Source: an uncultured bacterium | GTDB lineage: Bacteria > SAR324 > NAC60-12 | Reading direction: 5' to 3' | Length of the DNA: 26,787 nucleotides | Assembly: GCA_965662845.1 (NCBI GenBank) | Contig: CBFIJD010000012.1 | Location: forward strand, 1 to 26,787 | In this document: positions 8,537 to 16,930 of the stretch, piece by piece | Layout of the letters: the number at the start of each line of letters is the position of its first letter | Position numbering within the stretch: the first letter of the stretch is position 1 | Notes under the pieces: model-generated | Seen by the model: only the letters and a program-made list of their open reading frames with translations | Told to the model about the DNA's origin: nothing | The model's database searches: none | Position numbers and translations under genes: made by a program

Positions 8537-8620
8537 GTTGCCTCTTTTGTCTGAGGATTTGTCAAACCGCTGGTTTCCAATGCTGAAATTATGTCTAGCA
8601 TATCTCAGATCGAATATCTA

Positions 8621-8632
8621 TTGAATATTCAA
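8621..8632. promoter_or_regulatory. Perfect 12-bp palindrome TTGAATATTCAA upstream of the Na/Pi cotransporter
   Basis: Read directly; lies in an AT-rich patch about 85 bp upstream of ATG 8536. Confidence 0.35.
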
Positions 8633-8817
8633 AAACCAGAAAAACGGCGTGACCAGCGTCGCGAATTCGGCGGGGTGGTGAGCGTCGTGGACACGTTTGA
8701 GAACCCACTCTTGTTGGGGAAGCGTGAGCAAACAGGCCACATCTTCACGGATCGTACAGAGAGGGAGCGGCTCTGAAGACAGCGCGGCGGTGTCCTCAGG
8801 CCCGCGAGAATGAGGAG

Positions 8818-11800
8818 TCAGGTGGCGGGGAGATCGCTAGCTTGGGGAAAGGGAAACCTTAACGTGAAGGTGGTGCCGACGCCGACTTCGCTCTGGAGGG
8901 CAATGGTGCCAGCGTGCTCATCGACAATGCGCTGCACGATGCTCAGGCCCAAGCCGGTCCCGGTGCCTTTGTTTTTGGTGGTGTAGAAGGCGTCGAACAA
9001 GCGCTGCTGCACTGCGGGAGACATACCCGTGCCGGTGTCTTGGATGCGGATGAGCAGGGCGTGCTGCTCAGGGCGCGCCTGTAGCGTGAGCTGCTTGGTC
9101 TCGGTGTCGCTCATCGCGTCACGGGCGTTGTTGACCAAGTTGATGAGGACTTGTTCGAGCTGGGTGGCGTTCCCCATGATGGGGGGGAGGCTCGGGGGGA
9201 TTTCTTGCGTGACTCGGATTTTGTGTTTGCTCAAGGTGTGTCCTGTGAGCAGCATCACGTTGTCGAGCAGCTCGTTGAAAGAGCAAAGCTCTTTGGCCTC
9301 AGACTTTCGACGTGAAAAGTTTTGCATGTGCTGCATCCGCGCTTGCAGGTGCTGACAAATTTTACGGATGTCGGCGACTTTGCTGGAGATCATGTCCTCG
9401 TTGGCCTGTCCCTGCTCAAGCATCATCTCCATCATTTGCGCTTTGAGATCCATCGCGGAGAGGGGCGACTTAAGCTCGTGAGCCAGCGCAGCAGAGGCTT
9501 CTCCAATCGAGGCTAGCCGCGCTTGATGTTCCAAGACTTCTTCTTCGCGCTTACGATCCGACACATCGCGGCAGAGGCCAGAGACGATGCGGCCACTCTC
9601 GAACTCTTGCAGGCTGCCCGTGGTCTCGACCCAGCGGAGGCTACCGTCGGGGTCGAGCACGCGATAGAGGAAGGTCAAAGGTTCGCCGCGCAAGATGCGT
9701 TGGCAAGAGGTGCGCGCGGCTTCTTGGTCTTCTGGGTGAATGCTCTGGAACATGTCAGAGATGGTGACGGTGCCTTCAGCGGGGAGCGCCAGCAGCGCGC
9801 GCACTTCGGGAGAAGGGTCTTGCATCTCGTTGGTTTCTAGGTTGATTTGAAACGAGATCAGCCCAGCCGCGTGCATGCTGAGAGAGAGTTCATGCAACAG
9901 ATTTTCGCGCTCTTGCTCTGCGAGCTTTTCTTTGGTGATGTCACGGACAACCCCCAGCAAGCCCAGCTGTGCTCCCTTTCGCTTCGTCGCGCACGTAATC
10001 TGCAGCCAGCGCGCGCCCTGCTCCGGGTGCACCAAACGAAAGTCTTGCGTAGCAAACTGATCTTGTTGCAGCTCTTCGGCGGCTCGTAACACGCGAGGGC
10101 GGTCATCGGGATGCAGGTGCTCGAACAAGTCTTCGATCTCGATCCAGTGATCGCCCTCAACGCCAAACAGGGTCGCGCAGCGCTCATCGACTTGCACTTG
10201 CTCCATCTCCACATCGGGCTGCCAGAAGGTTCCGAGGTTCACCACGTCTAGGCTCATGTTCAGCTTATCGACCAAGCTCTCGCGCTCTTGCTCTAGGGTC
10301 TTCTCTCGGGTGATGTCACGCCCGATCCCCACGATCAGCTTGCGTCCGTTGATCTCACGCAGCGCTCTCAACGTCTGCACCCAGCGCCAGCCTCTTTGGG
10401 GGTGCTGCAGGCGCAATTCCAACCGTTGCTTGCCTGCTCCCTCGCCCAGCAGCTCTTGCGTAGCCTGCTCCCAGCGCTTGGCATCTTCGGGGTGCATGCG
10501 TGTGGTGACGTCTGCCTGGCTGAGGTCGCGGTCTTTGTGCACCCCAAAGAACTCACAGAAGCGTTCATCGACCAAGAGAAACTCTTTGGTCATCGGGTCA
10601 AATTGATAGGTCACGAACTGCCCCGCCTCGATGCTGAACTGGATGTATTCCAGCAGCTGCAGGCGCTCCTGCTCAGTGGCGGTTTTGCGGGCGTGGATGT
10701 CGCGGACGATCCCGATGGCTTTGCGTCGCCCTTGAATGGTCACGATCTGCCCTGAGCCTTCGAGCCAGCGCCACGAACCATCGGCCTGCTGGACACGGAA
10801 CTCGGCGCGATCATTCGTGCCGGTGCGGATCGCCTGCTGCAGGTGGCTGCGTAATTTGAGGGCGTCGTCGGGATGGATACGGGCGGCGACCATGGGGACG
10901 GTGATGGGGCCGTCCTCTGCTGTGAAGCCATAGAGATCTCGGAGGCGCTCGTCGAACTGATCGTAAGTGCGCGAGAGGAGATCGAATTGCTGAAAGCCAT
11001 ATTTGCCAATGGTCATCGCGATTTGTAGGCGGCTGACTAGCAAGTCGTGCTCTTGATCGGCTTCGACCTCGGCGGTGCAGTCACGGAGCAAAACATAGAC
11101 GAGCGTGCGCTCGCCTTCGACCGCGGCTCGAACCCAGCTCGCTCGCCAGACGTCCACTCCTTCGTGGTGGAAGGCGAAGCGAACGTATTGCGTTTGGTTG
11201 GTCTTGAGGGTGAGTTGAATCGCGACGGCGAGGTCGCTCTTTTTCTGGGTGACTTGCGCGAAATAGTCAGACATATCTCGGAGGTTGCGCGCTTCCATAA
11301 ACTGGCGGAACAGCTCGTTCGTCTCCACAAACTGATAGGTCTGCGGATCGAAGATGACGATTTCAAACCCTGTTGTTTCTGAGGTGAACTGCATCCGTTG
11401 TTGCAGGCGCGCGCGCTCTAGCTGCGCTCGTTTTTGGTCGGTGATGTTGCGCCAGAGCGTCAGCATTTTGGTGTGCCCATCTTGATAGATCAGCTGTGCG
11501 TAGCTCTCGACCCAGAGCCAGCTACCATCGTTGCGTTTGAGACGGAACTCGGCCCGCGCGCTGGAGTCTCCCAAGGTTGCGTGGCTCTCCAGCAGGGCGG
11601 GGAGGTCGTCAGGGTGCACCAGCTGCTGCGTGATCTCCGACAGAGTCTGTCCGGTGGTAGCCGGCAAGCGGTTGCGCTGAAAGAAGGACTCGGTGCGTTC
11701 TTCTTGGACTTTGGTGTCCCAGTCAAACAGATCGACGCTCATGTCTGCCATCCGCAAAGCGAGGGTCAAGCGTTGCACGAGCCTCTCGCGTTCTTGTTCG

Positions 11801-14238
11801 GCGAAGACGGTGTGTGTGATGTCGCGTGTAATCACATACATCTGCGGGGCGCCGTTTTCTTCGAGGGCTGTGCCCCACGCTTGAATCCAACGCAGCTGTC
11901 CGTCGACCTCAATCTGCAACCGCGTCTCGTGGACGGTCTGCTCGGAGTAAGTCTGCTCAAACACGGTTTGGATGTCTGGTGCGCCTTGCCGCACTCGCTG
12001 TAGCATGGCGTGGAGATGTTCCGGGTCAGACGCTCCGAAGTGTTGGCGCCGGTGGGCGTCGTTCATTTCCAGGAAGGCTCCGGTCTCCACATCAATGAGC
12101 GCGGTGCCAAAACCGATCGTCTCTGTGGCGAACTGCATCCGTCTCATGAGGCGCTCTTGCGCTTGTTTGGCTTCGACTTCTTGGGTGACCTCCAGCAAAT
12201 ACACTTGGGTGAGTTTGCGTCCGTCTTCTTCAAAAAAAGAGCCCCACACCTCAACCCAACGAAACTCACCGCGGGTGACCACGCCAACGCGAACGTGGGC
12301 AGGGTTCCCTGTCTCCATCGACTTGCGAAACGACAACTCAAGCTCCATGCGCCCATGCGTGAGGCGCTGCGTCACCTGATGGAGGTTGGGCGTCTCCTCG
12401 GATTCAAACATCAGCTGGCGATAGCGCTCGTTCGTCTCCAAATATTCCCCATCAAAGGGGTCAAACACCGCGAAGCCTAGCGGAGACACTTCGGTGGCCA
12501 ACTGAAAGCGACGCAAGAGCCGCGCGCGCTCCAGCTCGCTTTGAATCTCTTCGGTGATGTCGCGGGTGTAGGCGTGGATGAGGGGGCGCATGCCTTCAAA
12601 GACGCGGCCTCCGACGGCTTCGATCCACCGCAGTTTCCCTGTTTGTTGTTGGATGCTGTAGCGGACGCGGCACGTTGCGCCTTTCTGGATGATGTCAGAC
12701 AGAGCCTGCTCCACCTCAGCGCGATGGTGAACCACGCGCTCCAAGCTTTTGCGGAGGTCGATGTCAAAGCCCTCGAAGTGTTGCTGGCGATAGATCTCAT
12801 TCATCTCGAGAAATTCTCCGAGGATGGGATCAAGGATGCCCAGCCCAAACTGAGTGGCTTCAGCTGCATTTTGAAAGCGTCGGAGGAGTTTGGTGCGCTC
12901 TTCTGCCGCGAGTTTGCGTTGGGTGATTTCTGTGCGGATGGAGAGGTATTGCTGAATGCGCCCTGCGATGTCGCGAATGGGGACGATGGTGGTGTCAACC
13001 CAATAGATGGAGCCGTTTTTGGAGCGGTTGCAGACTTCACCCCGCCAGACCTCGCCCCGGCTAATCGTGTGCCAAAGCTCGTCGTAAAAATCAGGAGGGT
13101 GAAGCTCGGATTTGAGGAGACGATGGTTGTTGCCCAGCAATTCCTCGCGGGAATATCCAGAGATCTCGGTGAACTTGTCGTTCACATAGGTGATGTTGCC
13201 GCGGCGGTTCGTTATCGCGACGATGGAGCTTTGGTCAATCGCGTATTGATAGCTCTCTAGCAGCCGCAGGGCCTCTTGCTGTTCGGTGATGTCTCGCGTT
13301 GCGCCATACAGCTCTGTGGTGCCATCGTCGAGTTGGCGCGCGGCCCCTGTGCTCGTCATCCAGCGGATGCCTCTGGTGGGGCGCTGCACGCGGAAGTTGA
13401 TCGCAGCCTGCGTTGGTTGGGCTTGCAGTTGATGCAGCCACGCGTCGACTTTGGGCTGATCTTCAGGGTGCACGCGCTGGGCGATGACCTCCATGGTGAG
13501 GGGAGTCGTTGGCTCGACCTCCCACAGGTCAAAGTGCTCTGGGCTCCACCACAGCTGCTGGGTGTCTATGTTGATCGTCCAGTAAGCTGAGTTGGTGAGA
13601 GCCCGCACTTGCTGGGAGAGTTCTTGTTCGCGCTGTAAAGCCGCGGAGGCTCGCTTTTGTTCTTCAGCCAGTTGCACTTCTGCGGTGAGATCTTGCAGCG
13701 CCCCACAAACCATCTGGTGTTCTTTCACCAGATGGCCTCGCATCCTCAGCCAGCGAGTTTCCCCTGTTTGTGTCCGAAGCTGAAACGAGAGGTCAATGGA
13801 GGCGGTCTCGTTGGAGACTGCGCCCAGCTGGGTGGCGACCGTCTCTGCGTCGGCTGGACGCAACAGCAGGGCGAAGCGCTCGACGCTCATCGGCAGCATG
13901 GGGAGCGCTCCAAACGACTCTTGTGCTTCTTGATCCCAGAGGTCTCTGCTGGCTCCCAACAGGTCATAGGCCTCTTGACTCCAAGCAAGCTCGTGAGTGG
14001 CGGGGCGATAGATCCACTCCCCAGACCGCACGATGCGGTGGACGTTCTGGCGAACGACTTGGTGTCTCCAGTCCGCCACGCTCACCGCGCTTTGCAGGCG
14101 TCGCTGGAGCGCATTGAGAGTGGCGATCATTGGATCTTGGTCGGGGTTCGGCAAGAGCGGCTGGGTTTCGCCCGCGTCCAGCAAAACCAGTTCGTGGAGG
14201 CGTTGTTGGACGGCTTCGAGAGTCAGAGCAGAAGACAT
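8818..14238 (-). CDS. Giant cytoplasmic sensor histidine kinase: 12 PAS/PAC domains, HisKA and HATPase
   Basis: Twelve ~125-aa units ending in DIT-like motifs (QDLT, RDIT, TEIT, RDIT, LEVT, RDIT, RNIT, RDCT, RDIH, RDIT, RDIT, RDVS). H-box LAHELKSPL, N-box EQVLINLVNNARDA, G1 DTGTGM, F-box FYTTK, G2 GTGLGL. No transmembrane helix seen. Start taken at ATG 14238 (MSSALT). Confidence 0.93.
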   Translation of the reverse strand: MSSALTLEAVQQRLHELVLLDAGETQPLLPNPDQDPMIATLNALQRRLQSAVSVADWRHQVVRQNVHRIVRSGEWIYRPATHELAWSQEAYDLLGASRDLWDQEAQESFGALPMLPMSVERFALLLRPADAETVATQLGAVSNETASIDLSFQLRTQTGETRWLRMRGHLVKEHQMVCGALQDLTAEVQLAEEQKRASAALQREQELSQQVRALTNSAYWTINIDTQQLWWSPEHFDLWEVEPTTPLTMEVIAQRVHPEDQPKVDAWLHQLQAQPTQAAINFRVQRPTRGIRWMTSTGAARQLDDGTTELYGATRDITEQQEALRLLESYQYAIDQSSIVAITNRRGNITYVNDKFTEISGYSREELLGNNHRLLKSELHPPDFYDELWHTISRGEVWRGEVCNRSKNGSIYWVDTTIVPIRDIAGRIQQYLSIRTEITQRKLAAEERTKLLRRFQNAAEATQFGLGILDPILGEFLEMNEIYRQQHFEGFDIDLRKSLERVVHHRAEVEQALSDIIQKGATCRVRYSIQQQTGKLRWIEAVGGRVFEGMRPLIHAYTRDITEEIQSELERARLLRRFQLATEVSPLGFAVFDPFDGEYLETNERYRQLMFESEETPNLHQVTQRLTHGRMELELSFRKSMETGNPAHVRVGVVTRGEFRWVEVWGSFFEEDGRKLTQVYLLEVTQEVEAKQAQERLMRRMQFATETIGFGTALIDVETGAFLEMNDAHRRQHFGASDPEHLHAMLQRVRQGAPDIQTVFEQTYSEQTVHETRLQIEVDGQLRWIQAWGTALEENGAPQMYVITRDITHTVFAEQERERLVQRLTLALRMADMSVDLFDWDTKVQEERTESFFQRNRLPATTGQTLSEITQQLVHPDDLPALLESHATLGDSSARAEFRLKRNDGSWLWVESYAQLIYQDGHTKMLTLWRNITDQKRAQLERARLQQRMQFTSETTGFEIVIFDPQTYQFVETNELFRQFMEARNLRDMSDYFAQVTQKKSDLAVAIQLTLKTNQTQYVRFAFHHEGVDVWRASWVRAAVEGERTLVYVLLRDCTAEVEADQEHDLLVSRLQIAMTIGKYGFQQFDLLSRTYDQFDERLRDLYGFTAEDGPITVPMVAARIHPDDALKLRSHLQQAIRTGTNDRAEFRVQQADGSWRWLEGSGQIVTIQGRRKAIGIVRDIHARKTATEQERLQLLEYIQFSIEAGQFVTYQFDPMTKEFLLVDERFCEFFGVHKDRDLSQADVTTRMHPEDAKRWEQATQELLGEGAGKQRLELRLQHPQRGWRWVQTLRALREINGRKLIVGIGRDITREKTLEQERESLVDKLNMSLDVVNLGTFWQPDVEMEQVQVDERCATLFGVEGDHWIEIEDLFEHLHPDDRPRVLRAAEELQQDQFATQDFRLVHPEQGARWLQITCATKRKGAQLGLLGVVRDITKEKLAEQERENLLHELSLSMHAAGLISFQINLETNEMQDPSPEVRALLALPAEGTVTISDMFQSIHPEDQEAARTSCQRILRGEPLTFLYRVLDPDGSLRWVETTGSLQEFESGRIVSGLCRDVSDRKREEEVLEHQARLASIGEASAALAHELKSPLSAMDLKAQMMEMMLEQGQANEDMISSKVADIRKICQHLQARMQHMQNFSRRKSEAKELCSFNELLDNVMLLTGHTLSKHKIRVTQEIPPSLPPIMGNATQLEQVLINLVNNARDAMSDTETKQLTLQARPEQHALLIRIQDTGTGMSPAVQQRLFDAFYTTKNKGTGTGLGLSIVQRIVDEHAGTIALQSEVGVGTTFTLRFPFPQASDLPAT

Positions 14239-14499
14239 GAATGTATCGTTGGATGGAGCAAGTGAGATAGTTTCAAGAAAAGAAAGCGTGATAACGAATG
14301 TTTGCGCACATTGCAACAATTGTGTCACGCAAATTGGCAGTGGTGGCCATGAAACTCACCGGTTGCCGAAGTTTTGCTACAGAGCAGGCCGACTCCTTGG
14401 CCCAGCGGTTGTTGGCAGAGTTCCCCTCGTCCCGCTTCGCGAGTGTCCTCTGGGGGAGAAAAATTTTGACTCACGGAAATCCTGCTCCGTTCCCTCTGT

Positions 14500-14545
14500 T
14501 TGTCTACAAAATCAAGTGGAGAGACAAAAAGGGCGCTCTGACGCC
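14500..14545 (+). repeat. Direct repeat, copy 1 (46 bp), left flank of the fic module
   Basis: TTGTCTACAAAATCAAGTG-GAGAGACAAAAAGGGCGCTCTGACGCC; identical to 16014-16060 except for one inserted A in copy 2. Confidence 0.95.
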
Positions 14546-14573
14546 CCGCTCTTGCTACTTTATTTTAGTTTAA

Positions 14574-14593
14574 ATTTTATTTTGAAATAAAAT
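14574..14593. promoter_or_regulatory. AT-rich palindrome ATTTTATTT-TG-AAATAAAAT in the fic upstream region; candidate operator
   Basis: Perfect 9-bp arms with a 2-nt spacer, 30 bp upstream of the fic ATG, inside a very AT-rich stretch (14557-14620). Confidence 0.45.
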
Positions 14594-14623
14594 AATCGTT
14601 ACTTCAAAAAGTGAAATAAGAGC

Positions 14624-15790
14624 ATGAAACGGGATCTACAAGGCCATTACATCACCATTTCGACAGTCGGGGAAAAGGCCCAAGCCTTTGTTCCGGCTCC
14701 GTTACCACCAACGCCACCGATTGAATGGTCATCGGAACTCCGGGAAAAGTTTGATCAGGCCCTGCTGGCTCTCGGTCGTTTGGACAGTGTTTCGGTGTTG
14801 CTCCCGGACACCTCGCTCTTCCTCTACATGTATGTGCGCAAAGAGGCGGTGCTTTCATCGATGATCGAGGGGACCCAATCCTCGCTCTCCGACTTGCTGT
14901 CATTCGAGTTTGCGCATCAGTCGGGTGTGCCGTTAGCGGATGTGCAGGAAGTCAGCAATTATGTGGCGGCACTCAACCATGGCCTAAGCCGACTGAAGGA
15001 AGGTTTCCCGCTCTCGCTTCGCTTACTGAAAGAGATTCACAGCGTTCTTCTGTCAAAGGGGCGTGGCAAGGCATGTAGTCCGGGCGAGTTTCGTAGAAGC
15101 CAAAACTGGGTCGGTGGTAGCCGTCCCGGTACGGCCGCCTTCGTCCCTCCGCCTCCGGAAACAGTGCCGGAGTGCATGGGCAAGTTAGAGCTGTTTTTGC
15201 ACGACCAGCCGGAGAAGACCTCAGCCCTGCTCAAATCAGCTTTGGCCCATGTTCAGTTTGAAACGATTCACCCGTTTCTCGATGGTAACGGACGTCTGGG
15301 GCGCTTGATGATCACTTTGTTGCTGTGCTCCGAGAGAGTGCTCAAAGAGCCGATGCTGTACTTGAGTTTATATTTCAAGACTCATCGGCAACGGTACTAC
15401 GAGCTGCTGAATGAAGTTCGTCTGACAGGTGACTGGGAGGCCTGGTTACATTTCTTTGCAGATGCGGTGACTCACACAGCGACACAGGCTGTGGATACCG
15501 CTCAGCGCTTGATGAGACTTTCTGCCGAGGATGGTCAACGTATCAATGGCCTCAAACGAATCTCTGGCTCTGCACATCTGATTCACAAAGCGCTGCTGGA
15601 ACGGCCGATGGCCTCGCCAAACTGGATACAGGAAAAGACCCAGCTCTCACCGGCGACCGTTAACGCTGGTCTGCGTGCATTAGAGCAGCTTGACCTTGTA
15701 CAGGAGGTGACTGGCCAGAAGAGAAACCGCCTTTATTCCTATGTGGAATACATCAGGATCATGAACGAAGGCACGGAGCTGCCACGCTGA
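14624..15790 (+). CDS. Fic family protein (class II, N-terminal inhibitory helix) with C-terminal winged HTH
   Basis: Canonical Fic motif HPFLDGNGRLGR; inhibitory motif (S/T)xxxE(G/N) as SSMIEG; PGEFRRSQNWVG; C-terminal SPATVNAGLRALEQLDLVQEVTGQKRNRLY. Confidence 0.95.
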   Translation: MKRDLQGHYITISTVGEKAQAFVPAPLPPTPPIEWSSELREKFDQALLALGRLDSVSVLLPDTSLFLYMYVRKEAVLSSMIEGTQSSLSDLLSFEFAHQSGVPLADVQEVSNYVAALNHGLSRLKEGFPLSLRLLKEIHSVLLSKGRGKACSPGEFRRSQNWVGGSRPGTAAFVPPPPETVPECMGKLELFLHDQPEKTSALLKSALAHVQFETIHPFLDGNGRLGRLMITLLLCSERVLKEPMLYLSLYFKTHRQRYYELLNEVRLTGDWEAWLHFFADAVTHTATQAVDTAQRLMRLSAEDGQRINGLKRISGSAHLIHKALLERPMASPNWIQEKTQLSPATVNAGLRALEQLDLVQEVTGQKRNRLYSYVEYIRIMNEGTELPR

Positions 15791-15804
15791 TCGGATGTGG
15801 CTTT

Positions 15805-16009
15805 GAGTTGTAGTCACCTCACCTTACGCAACCGCAAGGTCGCATCCGGCTTGGATTTGCGAGCGTTTTGCTCCTGCCCTTCTTTGCAAAGACAACCCTC
15901 GATTTACTTCTAACGATTCGGCGGGTGCCCACGCAGGCGTCCACGCAACTCATGAGGACTGCTGTGAGAGGTTGTCGCGAGGAGGCGTAAAGTGAGGCTG
16001 CTGCAAGTC
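15805..16009 (+). ncRNA. Candidate structured non-coding element (~205 nt) bounded by imperfect 25-bp inverted repeats
   Basis: Manual pairing: 15805-15829 with 15985-16009 (19/25 Watson-Crick), three short hairpins in 15831-15873, and a long arm 15880-15900/15966-15984. No evidence of expression; the strand is inferred from G-U pairs and a GCAA tetraloop. Confidence 0.4.
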
Positions 16010-16013
16010 GGTC

Positions 16014-16060
16014 TTGTCTACAAAATCAAGTGAGAGAGACAAAAAGGGCGCTCTGACGCC
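16014..16060 (+). repeat. Direct repeat, copy 2 (47 bp), right flank of the fic module
   Basis: TTGTCTACAAAATCAAGTG-A-GAGAGACAAAAAGGGCGCTCTGACGCC; matches 14500-14545. Confidence 0.95.
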
Positions 16061-16215
16061 TCAAGGCAGCGCGATTCGGGCGTTTGGGAAGGCGCCGTGA
16101 CAGACTCGGTCTGTTGGCGAGTTGGGGAAGTGTTTGGAGCGTGGGCGTCGGTTGGGGAGAGGCTGCGCCGATGAGGGAGGCGATGGCGCAGCCAGACGAG
16201 AGCAGCTGGAGAGGG

Positions 16216-16917
16216 TCAGCGGGCGGACATCAGATCGGTTTGAACGTATTGCAGAAACTCTTGGCGCTTGGTGTCTGTTTGAAACACGCCGCGATATTCT
16301 GCGGTGACCGTTGTGGAGGTGTGATCTTCAATGCCGCGCATCAACACACAGAAGTGCTTGGCCTCTGCGAGGACCGCGACGTCTTCGGTTTCGAGGACGT
16401 TTTGCAGCTCCTCCGCGATTTGGCGAGTCATGCGTTCTTGCACTTGGGGGCGGCGGGCATAGAAGTCCACAATGCGGTTGATCTTCGAGAGGCCAATCAC
16501 CCCATTTTGCGCGATGTAGGCGACGTGGGCTTGTCCGACGACAGGCAGGAAGTGGTGCTCGCAGAAGGACTTAAACGTGATGTTCTTCTCTACGAGCATC
16601 TCTTGATAGCGAAACTTGTTCTCGAACAGCTTGGCGTCGGGATGGTTGTCTGGGTTGAGGCCCGCGAAGACTTCTTGAACAAGCATTTTCGCGACGCGGC
16701 GTGGAGTCCCTTGCAGGCTGTCATCTGTGAGGTCTAAGCCGATGATGTGCATGATTTCGGCGAAGTGCTGTTCGATGCGCTCAATTTTCGTCTCGGGGCT
16801 GAGTTCCCACGCGTCTGGGCGCATGGGCGTTTCCAGAGAGGAGGTCAGGTGCGCGTCACCCAGAGCTTCCAATTGTTCTAGAGTTTCGGGGCTCCAGTGT
16901 GGAGGACGTTGAGTCAT
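16216..16917 (-). CDS. folE: GTP cyclohydrolase I (type IA)
   Basis: DDSLQGTPRRVAKM, SFCEHHFLP, IGLSKINRIVD, RPQVQER and HFCVLMRG. ATG 16917 follows CAGGAAG, 13 bp after the queD stop. Confidence 0.97.
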   Translation of the reverse strand: MTQRPPHWSPETLEQLEALGDAHLTSSLETPMRPDAWELSPETKIERIEQHFAEIMHIIGLDLTDDSLQGTPRRVAKMLVQEVFAGLNPDNHPDAKLFENKFRYQEMLVEKNITFKSFCEHHFLPVVGQAHVAYIAQNGVIGLSKINRIVDFYARRPQVQERMTRQIAEELQNVLETEDVAVLAEAKHFCVLMRGIEDHTSTTVTAEYRGVFQTDTKRQEFLQYVQTDLMSAR

Positions 16918-16930
16918 GTTGGCTTCCTGA

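Noticed and set aside
8591..8776. 61-aa plus-strand ORF between the transporter and the kinase
   Set aside because: No SD, no motif, and it overlaps the probable promoter region of the transporter.
9029..14265. Many long antisense ORFs over the kinase (and likewise over other genes)
   Set aside because: Shadow frames expected opposite GC-rich coding sequence; they lack motifs.
14345..14499. Possible riboswitch in the kinase leader (short pairings such as GAGCAGG/CCTGCTC)
   Set aside because: Stems are short and no complete riboswitch consensus, including c-di-GMP-I, can be matched by eye.
15805..16009. 6S, SRP, tmRNA or RNase P identity for the structured element
   Set aside because: No SRP helix-8 motif, no tRNA-like ends, no RNase P conserved segments, and a multi-branch rather than 6S rod-with-bubble layout.
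14500..16060. CRISPR or integron interpretation of the direct repeats
   Set aside because: Only two copies 1.5 kb apart, no cas or intI gene, and no complementary RYYYAAC/GTTRRRY attC ends.
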